Assembly (NCBI RefSeq): GCF_009914755.1
Contig: NC_060930.1
DNA from: the human T2T-CHM13v2.0 reference genome, Homo sapiens
Reading direction: 5' to 3' (one strand)
Length of the DNA stretch: 64,000 bases
In this document: in pieces, positions 42,201-56,261 of the stretch
Layout: every line of letters starts with the position of its first letter
Position numbering within the stretch: position 1 is the first letter of the stretch
Notes under the pieces: model-generated
What the model saw: only the letters and a program-made list of their open reading frames with translations
Database searches by the model: none
Told to the model about the DNA's origin: nothing
Program-made: the position numbers and the translations under genes

Positions 42201-44990
42201 CACTAGGATTGCATTGAATCATTGAATCTATATCTCACTCTAGGCAGTATTGCTATCTTAAATATTAATTCTTCTAATCCATGAACATAGAATGTCTTTT
42301 TATTTATTTATGTATTCTTTAATTTCTTTCAGCTCTTTTATGTAGTTTGTATTGTACAAGTCTTTCACTTCCTTGGTTAAATTAGTTTTTAAGTATTTTA
42401 TTCTTTTTGATGCTATTGTAGATGAAATTGTTTTCTTAATTTTCTTTTCAGGCTGTTCATTATTAGTGAATATAAATGCAACTAGTTTTTGCATGCTGAC
42501 TTTGAATCCTGCTACTTTGTTGAATCCATTTATGAGTTGTGTGTGTGTGTGTGTGTGTAATTTTTAGGGGTTTCTACATATAAGATTATATCATCTGTGA
42601 ACAGAGATTTTCTACTTCTTCCTTTTCAATTTGGATGCCTTGTGTTTTTTTGTTTTTTTTTTTTGCCTAACTACTCTAGCTAAGACTTCTAGTACCATGT
42701 TGAGTAGAAGTGATGAAAGCAGACTTGCTTTGTTCCTGATCTTTGAGGAAAAGCTTTCAGTCTTTCACCATTACATATGATGTTTTCTATAGGTTTTTCA
42801 TAAACAACTTTTATTATGTTGAGGTGGTTTTCCTATATGGCTGGTTTGTTGAGTATTGTTATCATGAAAGGATATGGAATTTTTTCAAATACTTTTTCTG
42901 TACCTAATGAGATTATCATTTTTTTATTCCATTAATGTGATGTAACACATTTATTGATTTTTATATATGGAACCATCCTTGCATTCCAGAAATAAATCTC
43001 ACTTATTTATGGTGTGTAATCCTGTTAATATGCTGTGGAATTTGGCTTACTAATATTTTGTGGAGAGTTTTTGCATCAAAGTTCATAAGGGATATTGGTC
43101 TGCAGTTTTCTTGCCTTGCAATGTCTTTGTCAGGCTTTGGTATCAGGGCAATATTGGCCTCATAGAATAAGTTACAAAGTACTCCTTCCTCTTCAATTCC
43201 TTGGAAAACTTTGAGATGTATTGATATTAGTTCCTCTTTAAATGTTTGGTAGAATTCACTGCTGAAGCCAACTCTGGGGCTTTTCTTTGAGTGTGTTGGT
43301 TAACTACTACAAATTTGTAAATTTTCCAGTTTTCTGCTATTATTTATTTCCAAGTTCATCCCATGTTGGTTGAAGAAGGTACATTGTATGACATCTATCT
43401 TTTCGAATTCACTGAGACTTAGTTTGTGGCCTAACATATGGTCTATCCTGGAAGATGTCCCATGTGCTCTTGAAAATAATGTGTATTCTGTTGTTGTTGG
43501 GTAGATTATTCTGTATATGTTTGTTCAATATAGTTGGTTTATTGTGCTGTCACATCCTCTATACTCTTACTTAACTTCTGTCTGTTTGTTCTGTCCGTTA
43601 TTGAGAATGAGGTGTTAAAGTCTCCAACAATTATTGTAAAACTGTTCATTTCTCCCTTTAATTTTGTCAATTTTTCTTCATATATTTTGATTATCTGTTA
43701 TTATCTGTTATCTGTACATACCTGTTATTAGGTACATGTACATAAAGGGTTATGATTATTAGATCTTTTTTGCCTAATCAAAATTTTGTTAATGTATAAT
43801 ATCCTTGTCTGTTACACACCTTTTAAAATTTAGAGTCTATTTTGTCTAACTTCATTCTGCCAATATCTGTCTTCCAATTGGAAAGATTGATTCATTTACA
43901 TTTAAAGTAATTACCACTAATCAACTCCTCATTATCCTCCATTACCCACTACACTTTCTAGCATCTTGTAACCACTATTCTATTCTCTAAGTTCATGTGA
44001 TCAAATTTTTTATCTCCCATATACGAGTGAGAACACGTGATATTTGTCTTTCTGTGCCTGGCTTATTTCACTTGCCATAATATTTTCCAGTTTCATCCAT
44101 GTTGTTGCAATTGACTTTTAAATTGATCTTGTATTCAGCAACTTTGCTAAAAAAAACTTTATTGTTAACCATAATTTTTGTGTAATTTGTTTTAGTTTTT
44201 CAATGAAATCAATTACATCAGTAGCAAATAATGCTAATATTGTCTCTTCCTTTTCGGTACTTAATCTGTCATTACTTTTTCGAGTTCATTATTATTCTGG
44301 CTACAAACTCTGGTATAGTGTTGAGTAAAAAAGGTGAGAGCAGGCAAATTTACCTTGTTTGTGATTTTCAAGGGTATTTTACCACTAAGTAAGACATTTG
44401 CTGTGGGCTTCTGATAGATATTCTTTGTATAATGATTAAGTTTTCCTCTATTTCTAGCATACACACACACACACACACAGACACACACACACACACACAC
44501 AGAGGGATTGAGAGAGAGAGAGGCTAATGAATGGTAGTGGATTTTAAACAAACTTTTTCCTGCATCAGTTGAGATGATTATATAATATACAGCATTCTCC
44601 TCTGTTTGTTGTTAATATGATGAATTTAAACCTGAGTATGATTGTACTTATATACTACTGAATTTTGTTTAATATTTTGTTTAATACTGTCTTTAGTAAT
44701 AAGTGAAATTGAAATATAATTTTTCTTTTTCTGTTCTTGTCTAGTTTTGACATATACGTTTTCAAGTGAATTGGGAAGTTATCCTTTTTTCTATTGTCAG
44801 AAAAAAATCTAGTAAGCTTAAAATTGTCTGTTTCCTGAATGCTTGATAAAAGGTCACCTGTTAAAATCTTTTGAGTCTGTTTTTTTCTTTGTAAAAGGAT
44901 TTTTGATTACTAATTATATTTCTTTAGTGGAAATAAGAGTATTCCTTTATTCCTAACTGCGATTTAATATCATACTGTGTATTATCATTT
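39230..44990 (-). mobile_element. Block of nested, degraded L1M fragments
   Basis: T-rich antisense L1; minus-strand ORF remnants (QKLVAFIFTNNEQPEKKIKKTISSTIASKRIKYL; TTWMNLEDIM) resemble L1 ORF2 and its 3' region; no long intact ORF. Confidence 0.8.
41346..41617 (-). mobile_element. Alu (AluSc-like) nested in L1
   Basis: Antisense Alu with ctgtcaccaggctgg and gacctcatgatccacc. Confidence 0.9.
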
Positions 44991-45517
44991 TGGGAGTTTA
45001 TATTTCTCTGTTTCTCTTTTCCTATATCACCAAATCACATATTGAGATGAATAAACATGACTTTCCACACAAGAGAAAAAATATATGAAAAGTGCAAACC
45101 TTTCTAAAATTAAGATTTAGGTAAATTTTTGTTATGCTTATCCAACAAATGTTAGTTTTCTGTTTTGTCATATAACTTCCTTCCTTTAAGGATTAAGTTA
45201 TTTATTTTCTTGTTTCCTATATTATTTTTCCCTATTTATTGACAGTAACATTCCTTGACAGTGCAATGATAATTGGTGCTCATAAATGGAAAAGCCAAGC
45301 ATTGAAAGTCTTTGAAGCATTTCTTAAATTAAGATAGATTAATAAATAGAGTGGATTGGGATTAACTATGCTATTATATCAGTTTATGATAATTATTAAA
45401 TAATAGTTATTAATTAAAAATTAAGAATATACTTGAAAAGAGATTAATAAAGTAAAAATTAAACATAATTTTTAAAAATGAATTTCTACTATATTTTAAA
45501 TATAAAGCTCATTTAAA

Positions 45518-45519
<2 letters not shown>

Positions 45520-45548
<29 letters not shown>

Positions 45549-45622
45549 GAGACGGAGTCTTGCTCTGTCACCCAGGCTGGAGTGCAGTGGCACGATCTTG
45601 GCTCACTGCAAGCTCTGCCTCC
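45520..45622 (-). mobile_element. Severely 5'-truncated AluY-like with long tail and 16-bp TSD
   Basis: ~T29 tail; cactgcaagctc diagnostic; TSD AGCT(C/T)ATTTAAATCTT at 45506-45521 and 45623-45638. Confidence 0.88.
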
Positions 45623-46718
45623 AGCTTATTTAAATCTTAAATAAGTCAACAAGAAATCAGGGCTTCTAAAATATCTGGTGTTAAAGGACTCAAAAGTACT
45701 CCCAGTTCCCTTGGCTCTACCCTTATAAGTTCTAGAAAGACAGGATGGGAACCCAACCTGTCTATGACAGTAATTAAGTTTTTGTCTACTAAACATCTTC
45801 AATATGACAGAGATAAACAAAGAAGTGCAGTCTAGAAATAAATGTGAGAAAATTATGAGAAAGAACAAAATTTTGTCCTTGCCAGGGACACTTTATGTCC
45901 TTTATTATATTCATAATTTCATTATTTCCCCAAACTTTTGATTACAATCTGGTTTGTTAAAATTTTGTTTGGGGAGGAGGAACAATCAGTTATGGCCTGG
46001 GAGACTGATTTGCTGAGGCTCCAGTTCTGTCATGAATATGTGTTTGTTCTTCCTGTGTGGGTTTCCTGTAAGTATACCAGCACAGTAGCATTATAAGTTA
46101 TTTGTCACTTTTCTAATTTTCTGAAAATAGCTCAAGTATGCTTTCTCCAAGAGATGTGAAAGAACAACACATGCCTGAATTTAGGGTAGAAGAAACTTAC
46201 TGTGGGAGAGTCCAGTGCACTAGCTTGAGAATCAGATGTTAGACTCCAATAAAAATTTTGCTAGTAATTACCTCTGAGACTGAATAAATTATTTTACGTT
46301 CAATCATCTCATTTACTTAATTTGTAAAAAGGAAGGTTGGATTTGACAATTCCTGATCCTCTTATAGTTAAAATAATTTCAGTAGTTTCAAAGGCAGATC
46401 TTCCTAAACTTATGCCATTAGCAAATGTGTACTTAAATTTCTAAAAGTTGTGAAAACTGACAAATATTCAAAACTAAAATTTGAAGTGATAGGAAAAATA
46501 TTCTAACTATGAAACTATTGAAGGTTTGAAAACCATTTGGCTGACATGTCTCGTTTATTCAGTTACACAATCTAAACAGTCTACTCAAATCTCGTAAATT
46601 CTCATGGTTTGCAGGATGAAGAAGAATGAAATTTTATGGATTTGTATTTTACTAGAATAGTACTTTGGAAGCATATAGTTGATAATGATGTATTTGTTTT
46701 CATTTTTCTAAATTATAG

Positions 46719-46826
46719 GGTGGCTTCACTCGTAAATATTCGCTTAGCTCAAAAACTGGAACACTTCTTCCAGAATTCCCCAGCGCTCAACACCTTGTAT
46801 ACCAAGGATGCATTTCTAAGGACAAG
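46719..46826 (+). CDS. RFX6: RFX6 exon 7 (108 nt)
   Basis: ttatag|GGT; [36 protein letters not shown]; AAG|GTATCA. Confidence 0.96.
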
Positions 46827-47780
46827 GTATCAATTACAGATACTTCTCTATTGATTTTCTGATATGTTGGCTCCATATGTCAATTTGCTGGGAATTTCAT
46901 GGTACTGCAGGAAGCAATCAGAAATCTGCATAATCAAACATAATTGACTGATTTATAGGAGAGGCAAACTTTTGTTAACATTGATTAACACTTCCAATTA
47001 ATTATTTACCATCTCCATGATAGTGTGTAATCAGAAGGTGGTAAAATAAACCTTAAAAGACTAAACATTATTTTTTATTTAAAGCTCTATTGAAGAAGAA
47101 AATACTAGAATGTGGCTGTCACATACACTTTCTTCAGTTAAAAGTTTTATGTTTTCAATTATCTCCATTTTATTTCAGCAAATGGTCATCAAGCATTTCT
47201 CTAGGACAGAATCTGTCCCTAGCACTGAGGGACATGCTAGATGAATGCAAGAACTATGCTAGATGAGCATGAACTTTCCTTACTTCTAAAATTCTGTGTT
47301 CTCTTATATTTGCATTTTTTAAAGTTAAGAAAGAATCATTTTCATTGGGATTCAGTTTATAAATAATTCTCAATATGACTTTTCAATGTTTATGTAATAG
47401 CGTGTAAACTATATCTTCGATTTCTGTACTTCTAAAGTCATTTGTCGGGGATCTGTTGGCTGTTTAGTAGCAGACACCATTATTAAATTAGAGCATAATT
47501 ATTTCTACATTTTTGTTTCAACCAAAGTACATGTTTCATTAGCATTTGAAGAAGACATCTCTTACAGTATATTGAGTTAGTTCGTATTTCTGAGGTACAA
47601 AGATAGAGGAATATGATTAATGTCCAGATGCTTTACTTTAGTAATGGGCTTTTTGTAGAAATGAGGTAAAGATAGCACATTGATTTAAAAAAAATTTATT
47701 GGCATATAAGTAGAGATGCATAGTAACTTACAGGGCTCATTTTGATGACAGCCATACTCTGTTAGTTAAGAATAGGCAAA

Positions 47781-48158
47781 GTATTCTTTAGAAAGAATGA
47801 AAACATGTCTTTTGCAGCAACATGGATGCAGCTGGAGGCCATTAACATAAGCAAATTAATGCAGGAGAAGAAAACTAAATACTACATGTTCTCACTTATA
47901 AGTGAGAGCTAAACACTGGGTATTTCTAGTCATAAAATGGCAACAGTAGACACTGGAGACTACTGCTGGGGAAGGGGGAAGAGGGAAATGGGTTGAAAAA
48001 CTAACTATTGGGTACTACGCTCAGTATCTGGGTAATTGGATCATTCGTATTCCAAACCTCAGCATCTCTTGGTATACTTACGTAACAAACATGCATATGT
48101 ACCCTCTAAATCTAAAATAAAAGTTGGAAAAAAAAAAGTAAAATATACCCTTAAAAAA
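47781..48158 (+). mobile_element. L1 (L1MA/PB-like) 3' end
   Basis: gcagcaacatggatgcagctggaggccatta...ctaaaataaaagttgg plus A tail; TSD-like AAGAA(T/G)AGGCAAA at 47768-47780 and 48159-48171. Confidence 0.8.
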
Positions 48159-48849
48159 AAGAAGAGGCAAATGAAGATAATTCTCAAATGCCAAATCCAA
48201 GGGAGTCTCTCAAACTATGTTCACTTCTGACTGTTCTCTCCCATTACATTTCTCAAGGTTATCACATAATTTTTACCTTATAGATGTAATGTGTGATATG
48301 ATGACTTTATATTTGAGAATCCCCCAGTAAATGTTAACATGTGGCAGTTTGTGAGGATTCCTGTGGAAATCAGGAGGATCTCAGTCTTCTGAGGGAGGGT
48401 ATTATTGGGTTACTTTTGTGGAGAGGATTGCTTCCATGCAAACTTATCATGAAGATGTTTATGGTGTAAATATACCTGGTGAGAGAGAGAGGGGGACCAA
48501 AAAGGCAAGCAACAAAGAAGAAAGGAGAGGTGAGAAACAGGCTCCAATAGTTTACCTCAATAGTTTGCTGGGAATTTCATGTTTCTCTGCTGGCCTCCAA
48601 GGAAGTTCATACCTGCCAATTTGAAAGACTGGTCTGTAGATCATTTCTCAGGTATCAAGGTGCTTTTATAACCCTTGGTTTCTAAGTTCATTCCCAGTGG
48701 ACTCCATCATGAAAGCCAGGGACTGACACTCTTTTTTGAGGACAATTTAGCTCTGTCACCTTCCTTGCCATTAGCCAGGCTCCTCAGGTAACTTATCAGT
48801 TCCTAGAAAGTGCGGTGGGGCTAAAATCAAGCACTTAAGGTACCTGCTT

Positions 48850-49144
48850 CTTTTTCTTTTTTCTTTTGAGACAGACCCTCCCTCTGTTGCCCAGGCTGGA
48901 GTGCAGTGGCGCCATCTCGGCTCACGGCAACCTTTGCCTCCCTGGTTCAGTGATTCTCTTGCCTCAGCTTCTGTAGCTGGGATTACAAGTGCTGCCGACA
49001 TGCCTGGCTAACTTTTGTGTTTTTAGTAGAGACGGGATTTCCCTATGCTGGCCAGGCTTGTCTCGAACTCCTGACCTCAAGTAATCCACCTGCCTCAGCC
49101 TCCCAAAGCATTGAGATTACAGGCGTAAGCCACCGCGCCCAGCC
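48850..49144 (-). mobile_element. Alu (AluS-like)
   Basis: Antisense dimer ending ...ccaccgcgcccagcc. Confidence 0.93.
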
Positions 49145-49577
49145 AGCACTTGCTTCTTTAAGGCCGAAAGAATGGAAACTGCCCAGTGAAAAGCTGACCC
49201 CAGTGAGGGTACTGAGAAGCTGGGGGCCTGCTACTCATAGTGTCTCTCGAGGCAGTTGTCTCCCCCACCACGTGCTCACTGTCTTTAGTGGAGCTAAGCC
49301 TTGCCTCTGCTCCTGCCCACTCTAGTACAATGTCTATTCTCAGAAAATTGACTAAGATTATGTTTATAAAGAATGCAAAGTACACTGGAATTAAAATTCA
49401 TTGCGCTAAGACTATGTAAGTATTAAATAAACAAATTAAGTATTATGCTAATTGTGAGTTTTAAAAATTTTGATGATTTGTATATAAAGCAATAAATTTT
49501 GTAACAAGTAGAAATACTTGTGAAGATAAAGGCTTACTTGTACTTTAATAGGTTTCAGGGCTCAAAGGATTAATTTT

Positions 49578-50225
49578 GAAAGAATTTATTGATATGGAAT
49601 AGATGTACATATTTTGGGGGCACATGTGATAATATGCTTATATAATTTGTACGGATAAATCAGTGTAATTGGGTTACTGATCACCTTAAATATTTATCTT
49701 CTCTTTTTGCTAAAGACATTTGAATTGTTCTCTTCTAGCTACTTTGAATATGCAATAGATTATTGTAAGCTATAATCACCCTACAGATCTATCCAACACC
49801 AGATCTTATTTCTTCTATCAAATTGTGTATTTGTACCCATTAATCAACTTCTCATTATTTTCCTCTCCCCCTCCTCTTTCCGACCTCTGGTAACCACCAG
49901 TCTACTCGCTACCTTCATGAGATCCACTTGTTTAGGTCCCACATATGAGTGAGATCATGTGATATTTGTCTTTCTCTGCTTGGCTTATTCTACTTAACAT
50001 AATGCCCTCCAGTTCCATCCATGTTGCTGCATATGACAGGGTTTTATTTTTTATGGATGAATAATATTCCCTTGTGTATATACCACATTTTCTTTATCCA
50101 TTCATCCATTGATGAGCACTTAGGTTGATTCCATATGTTGGCTATTGTGAATAGTGCTGCCATAAACATGGGAGAGCAGATATCTCTCTTTGATATATTG
50201 ATTTCCTTTTTCTGGATATATACAG
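49578..50225 (-). mobile_element. L1MA-like 3' end
   Basis: Antisense L1 3'UTR; TSD-like AAAGG(A/G)TTAATTTT at 49564-49577 and 50226-50239. Confidence 0.8.
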
Positions 50226-51790
50226 AAAGGGTTAATTTTTGACAACAGTTATGACTTCCCTTCCATCTTTCGTGTGTTACTCATCCTCATTTTAAACATA
50301 TGACTTGGAATAATCTGAAAATATAATAGCATTGCCTGAAATATAGAGCAATTCTCATTTGCATTGATGGTAACATATCCTGCTAGAGGTATTCTATAGT
50401 CAGCACAGCTCCTTCAGATGGATCAATAATGTTCATATCATGGTTCTACAGCTCTAAGCTAAACCACAAAGATATGTGTATTGGGTTGTGGGAATAAAGG
50501 GAAATGCAAAGGGTTAGGATAGGACACCTCCATCACCACCACCACTCTAGATGCTATTGGAATCAAAATAGCTGACATCCATCAGTTTCTTAATATGTAC
50601 TATGGATTATTCCAAACACTTTATATTTGTTAATTCATTTAGTCTTCCTAGCAACCCTATTTTATAGCTACTGTTATTATCATGTCAATTTTAGATATGA
50701 GGAAATTAAAGCACATAAATATCAAGTAGTGTGCCTAATGTTACATAACTAGTAATAACTAGTAAGTGGCAAATTAGAGCTGCGATTGAAATCCAGGTAA
50801 TCTGAAGGCAAAGCTCACACATTCAACCTCCAAACATTGCTTTTTTTCACGTAGAGTACATAACTGGCAACAGGTAGGGAAATTTCTAACATGTAAAATA
50901 AAAGTTTTAGTTTGAATGTTATTAAGTGGCCAGAATATTATCTAGTTCTAGCCTATTGCAAATTTTAGAATATATTTAAAACTTTTAAACTATGCTATGC
51001 AAATATCCATGGTAACTTGAAAAGAGAGACTTTTCATAATAGACATTCAATGTTTGAAACTTTTTTTTGGAAAATGCATCATTTGATATTATTACTAACT
51101 CTGGATAATGTTTAGTAAGGTCTTACTGGGTGCCAGGCACTGTTCCATATGTGTCACATCCTATTTTATTTGATTTTCTTAACACCATGTAAGTAATATG
51201 TTATTACTACCTACTTAAAAAGCTTGGGAGCTCAGAGACAAAGCCACTTTTGCAGTCATACCTGGTAAGTAGTGCAGTGAAGGTGGGCACCCAAGTTGAG
51301 CTGACTCCAGAGACAAAATTTGAAACCATTATGCCATACTGCTCCAAGCATCCACTTCATAAAACTGTGTGAAGATTTGATGTATTTTACTACTTTATGT
51401 TTATTTATCCAAATCTTTGTTACTACTTTTACTACTTTATGTTTATTTACCCAAAAATTAATTTTAAAAAATTTAAATTTAAATTAAAAATTAAATTTTA
51501 AAATTTAATATTTTAGTAGGCATAAAACTAGGATGTTACTTTGGTCCATAGTACTCTGAAAAATTACCTTTTTCATATTATACTGTAGTTGTCCATTTGT
51601 TTGCTTTTCTCCCTTCACAAGGCAGTAAGATCCTTGAAATAAGAATTTTGCCTTAATTTTTGAGTCCTCAACATTGAGCATACTGCTTGGTACGTAATAG
51701 GATCTTTTAAAAAATCTGTGTTGAACAAATTAACAAGAAAAGGCAGTGTTAAAAGGATGCTTTGGTTAAGCTTTTTCTTCCTTGAAATAG

Positions 51791-51928
<138 letters not shown>

Positions 51929-51983
51929 TAATGAGTTCATGTTAAAGAAAAAAATCTTAACATACTTTTTACTCTGCAACTAG

Positions 51984-52256
<273 letters not shown>

Positions 52257-53819
52257 TAATAGTGTATGTGTTTTAATTGAAGTTTACATTAAGTAAAACA
52301 AACTCAATTTCTTTTTACAGCTAATAATGAGTCTATATGTGACACACTTATTAATATGTGAAAACTTAGTTAAATTTTATTAACTCTCTAAGGTGTTTTC
52401 AGATTAAAATAACACAGTGGATTTTTTTTCACAATGCCAGTGTTTTGGCAGAAAGCAGAATTAGGCACCCTTATGAGATTAATAACTTGAAAATCTCAAA
52501 AACCTCTAACTTTAATGCATTAATGTCTAATTCTCTTCTCAAACCAAATCAGAGTTCCTAAGTGTCTGCAGAAGGATCTCGAAGACATCCTAAATAAGGA
52601 CAAACTGATTGTCCTTCTAGGCAAACATTTAATGGAAGACAGAAAGAGGCTAATTCTTGACAGTCTCTTCCCTGGTGGCTACAAGTTCTAAGCTGATGGA
52701 TAAAACTATATTGCAATGTGGGTACTTTAAAGTGAGTTTGCCTACATTTGCTTTCTAACTTACCATAAGGAAAAACAAAAGCTTTCCTTTTAAAAAATAA
52801 TCTGAGTTGGCAAGAAAACCCAAGCTGGACGCTGTTAAACATTTAGGAAATAAAATCCTTCTAAGTTAGTTGCCACTATCAGATTCTCAGCTTTGCAGAA
52901 AAGTAAAGCAAAAGCTATTTATAGATAAACTAAGTCCAGAAGCCCCTAAGCAGACCAAGAAGTAATGAGACAACTTGAATAAGAGAGTGCATATTTTTAT
53001 CCTCTGTCCAGTACTTCCTCATCACAGGATAGGAGAAAGGAGGAATAAAGTACAATATATTTTCTGCCTTTAGTTCAAGTTCAAGTTGAAAAAATTTCAA
53101 AGGAGAGTAAGGATTGTCTTGTTTTTTTTTTTTTTTCTGGATTGAATATGAATGCCATTATTTAGAGAAAAACAGTTTAATTTGCATTAATTGTTTGTAA
53201 TGCTTAACACTTGACAAGGCTCCCAAAAGGGGAGGGGAGGCAGCTCCGTGAGTGAGTATAAGAAAAGACCTGGGGCTCATGCACACACATTTCCATCAGA
53301 CCAAAGCTTTTTGGACTGTCATTCAGTTTGTCCAAGAAATACTTTTAAAACACACTTCTCCCTTTAAGTGATCTGTTTTTTTTAGTCTAGTATAAACATC
53401 CTGACTTTAAATATCTTTAAATGAACCTGGTTTCTCCTCCTCATGGTGGACCCAGAGAGGCACAGTGAGCTCTGTAAGTAGAACGGTGTAAGATGAGCTT
53501 CTACAAAAATCTTCCTCCCACCTCTAGAAAGTGGTCAGCTTTTCATCATAAAACGGTATATGATTACCATGGACCAATCCATTGGTAATTAACATACTGA
53601 GCATGTACATATACAGTGCTATCTCTTGTTTTTATTGTCATACACACTCACACACAACTCATACATACATTCATTTTGGAGATAAAATTATAACTTTGAG
53701 AAAGGAGTTAACATGTTATTCTCTAGGAAGCTAGGAATAAAAAGTAGTTGACCAATAATATGTCTTTCTATAGAAATACTAAGTAAAGATTTGTATTAAC
53801 CTCTTTTGCTATGATTAAG

Positions 53820-53869
53820 GTTCTTACAGATGTACTCATTCCTGCAACAATGCAAGAAATGCCTGAAAG
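53820..53869 (+). CDS. RFX6: RFX6 exon 10 (50 nt)
   Basis: attaag|GTT; VLTDVLIPATMQEMPE; AAG|GTATGT. Confidence 0.94.
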
Positions 53870-54700
53870 GTATGTTCAGTTAATAAAACATGAGCATTCC
53901 TAGTATAGGATTTAACTTTATACATTATATTAGAAGAAAACATTAGGTAGTAATTTATTCATTTATCAAGAAGACTATTTTCTACTTTTGTCCCTTTGTA
54001 TTTGCTGGAAGAGATGTGTCTTATAGCTGGGCCTCAATAAACAAAATGGGTGAAACAATCCTTCAATCCCTTTAATTTGAGAGCGGCTAAAGTGAAAAAT
54101 AGATTTAAGCACTGTTGATCTTCGAGAAATTTTTCAATGGAAACTAGCTGGAGTATGATAAAAAAGATAATTAATGGAAAATAACCACAAGAATAAAAAC
54201 TATAGGAGAAATTATTGTATTTTATTATTAACTTTTGTCTTAATTACAAAATCAGAAAGTGGCATGATGAAATTACTGCCTTCTTTTAACAAAGGAATAA
54301 AATCTCAAATAGTTTATTGAAACAATACCAGAAGATTTTTCAAAAAAAAAAAACCTTTTCAATATAAGAACAATAGAATTCTGAAAAAAAAAAAGCCAAC
54401 TTTTTCTCTGAAAACAAAATCTAATGAAATGATAAAATTTATTTTAGTATTTTGGGGGTACAAATTCATATAGGACTGGACATAGTTGGTGCTCCAAAAA
54501 TAGATGTTGCTTGGTAAAACAAATTTTACTTTTTATTTACCTTTTCCTCCAGATTATTTCATCTATATGATAGTTGGTATTAGCCTGATCAATAATGTCT
54601 TTTAATTATCAATTGTAGTCTTTAAATATCTATTCTGTACTCTGAATTGGGTACTTGAAGTGGAGTTTGAAGAGCTTGAGTGTTTTGACCAAGATGATAA

Positions 54701-54776
54701 CAAAACATCTCATGTACCCCATAAATATATACACCTCCTATGCACCCACAAACATTTTAAAAATATAGCATAAGAA
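54701..54776 (+). mobile_element. Very short L1 3'-terminal insertion
   Basis: catctcatgtaccccataaatatatacacc...; 10-bp TSD AAGATGATAA (54691-54700, 54777-54786). Confidence 0.65.
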
Positions 54777-54837
54777 AAGATGATAAATGGCAGATCTAGG
54801 CTGTCTGACTTCAAAAGTACTGCTTATGAAACCATAG

Positions 54838-55420
<583 letters not shown>

Positions 55421-55769
55421 TTGAATGCAATTAAACATTTATTTGCCATGTGAATCTAATTGGTACAAATTAAGGTTGTGAGAAGTAAGCCTGTGTGATA
55501 CTTAATATTGTGAAACCACAAACTCAACACATTTTAAACTGCCGACTAATCATGGCTCTTTTAAATAGAGCAAAAGTAATTCATAAGTTAAGAATGACGC
55601 ATTTGTATATTGTTAAAATATATTTCTCTTTCCCCAAAATGATTATCTGCTTTATGAAGGTTTCTTGCCTTCTAAATTTTAAAAGACAAGCTTGAGATGA
55701 TTTCAGATAGGAAATGTAACATTTAAAAATTCTTATTTTGTGATCATGGACAAAGAGAATCCATTTATA

Positions 55770-55907
55770 TTTTCTTTTTCTATTTTTTATTATACTTTAA
55801 GTTTTAGGGTACATGTGCACAACGTGCAGGTTTGTTACATATGTATACATGTGCCCTGTTGGTGTGTTGCACCCATTAACTCATCATTTACATTAGGTGT
55901 ATCTCCT
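55770..55907 (-). mobile_element. L1PA 3'-terminal fragment
   Basis: ttattatactttaagttttagggtacatgtgcacaacgtgcaggtttgttac is the antisense end of a young L1PA. Confidence 0.9.
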
Positions 55908-56060
55908 ATAATTTTCAGACTTTTAACAGAGATGATCATGAGTCTCAGCTACTGCTTTTGTCTTTAAAATAAGAAAAAAGTTATTTATGATACTTTTATC
56001 TCAAGGAACTATTTTTCTGATAGCTAAAAATTTCTTCTAGATACATTAGAAATGATATAG

Positions 56061-56255
<195 letters not shown>

Positions 56256-56261
56256 TAGAAC

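Noticed and set aside
39230-44990. Possible intact L1
   Set aside because: Fragmented, nested and stop-riddled; no long ORF1/ORF2.
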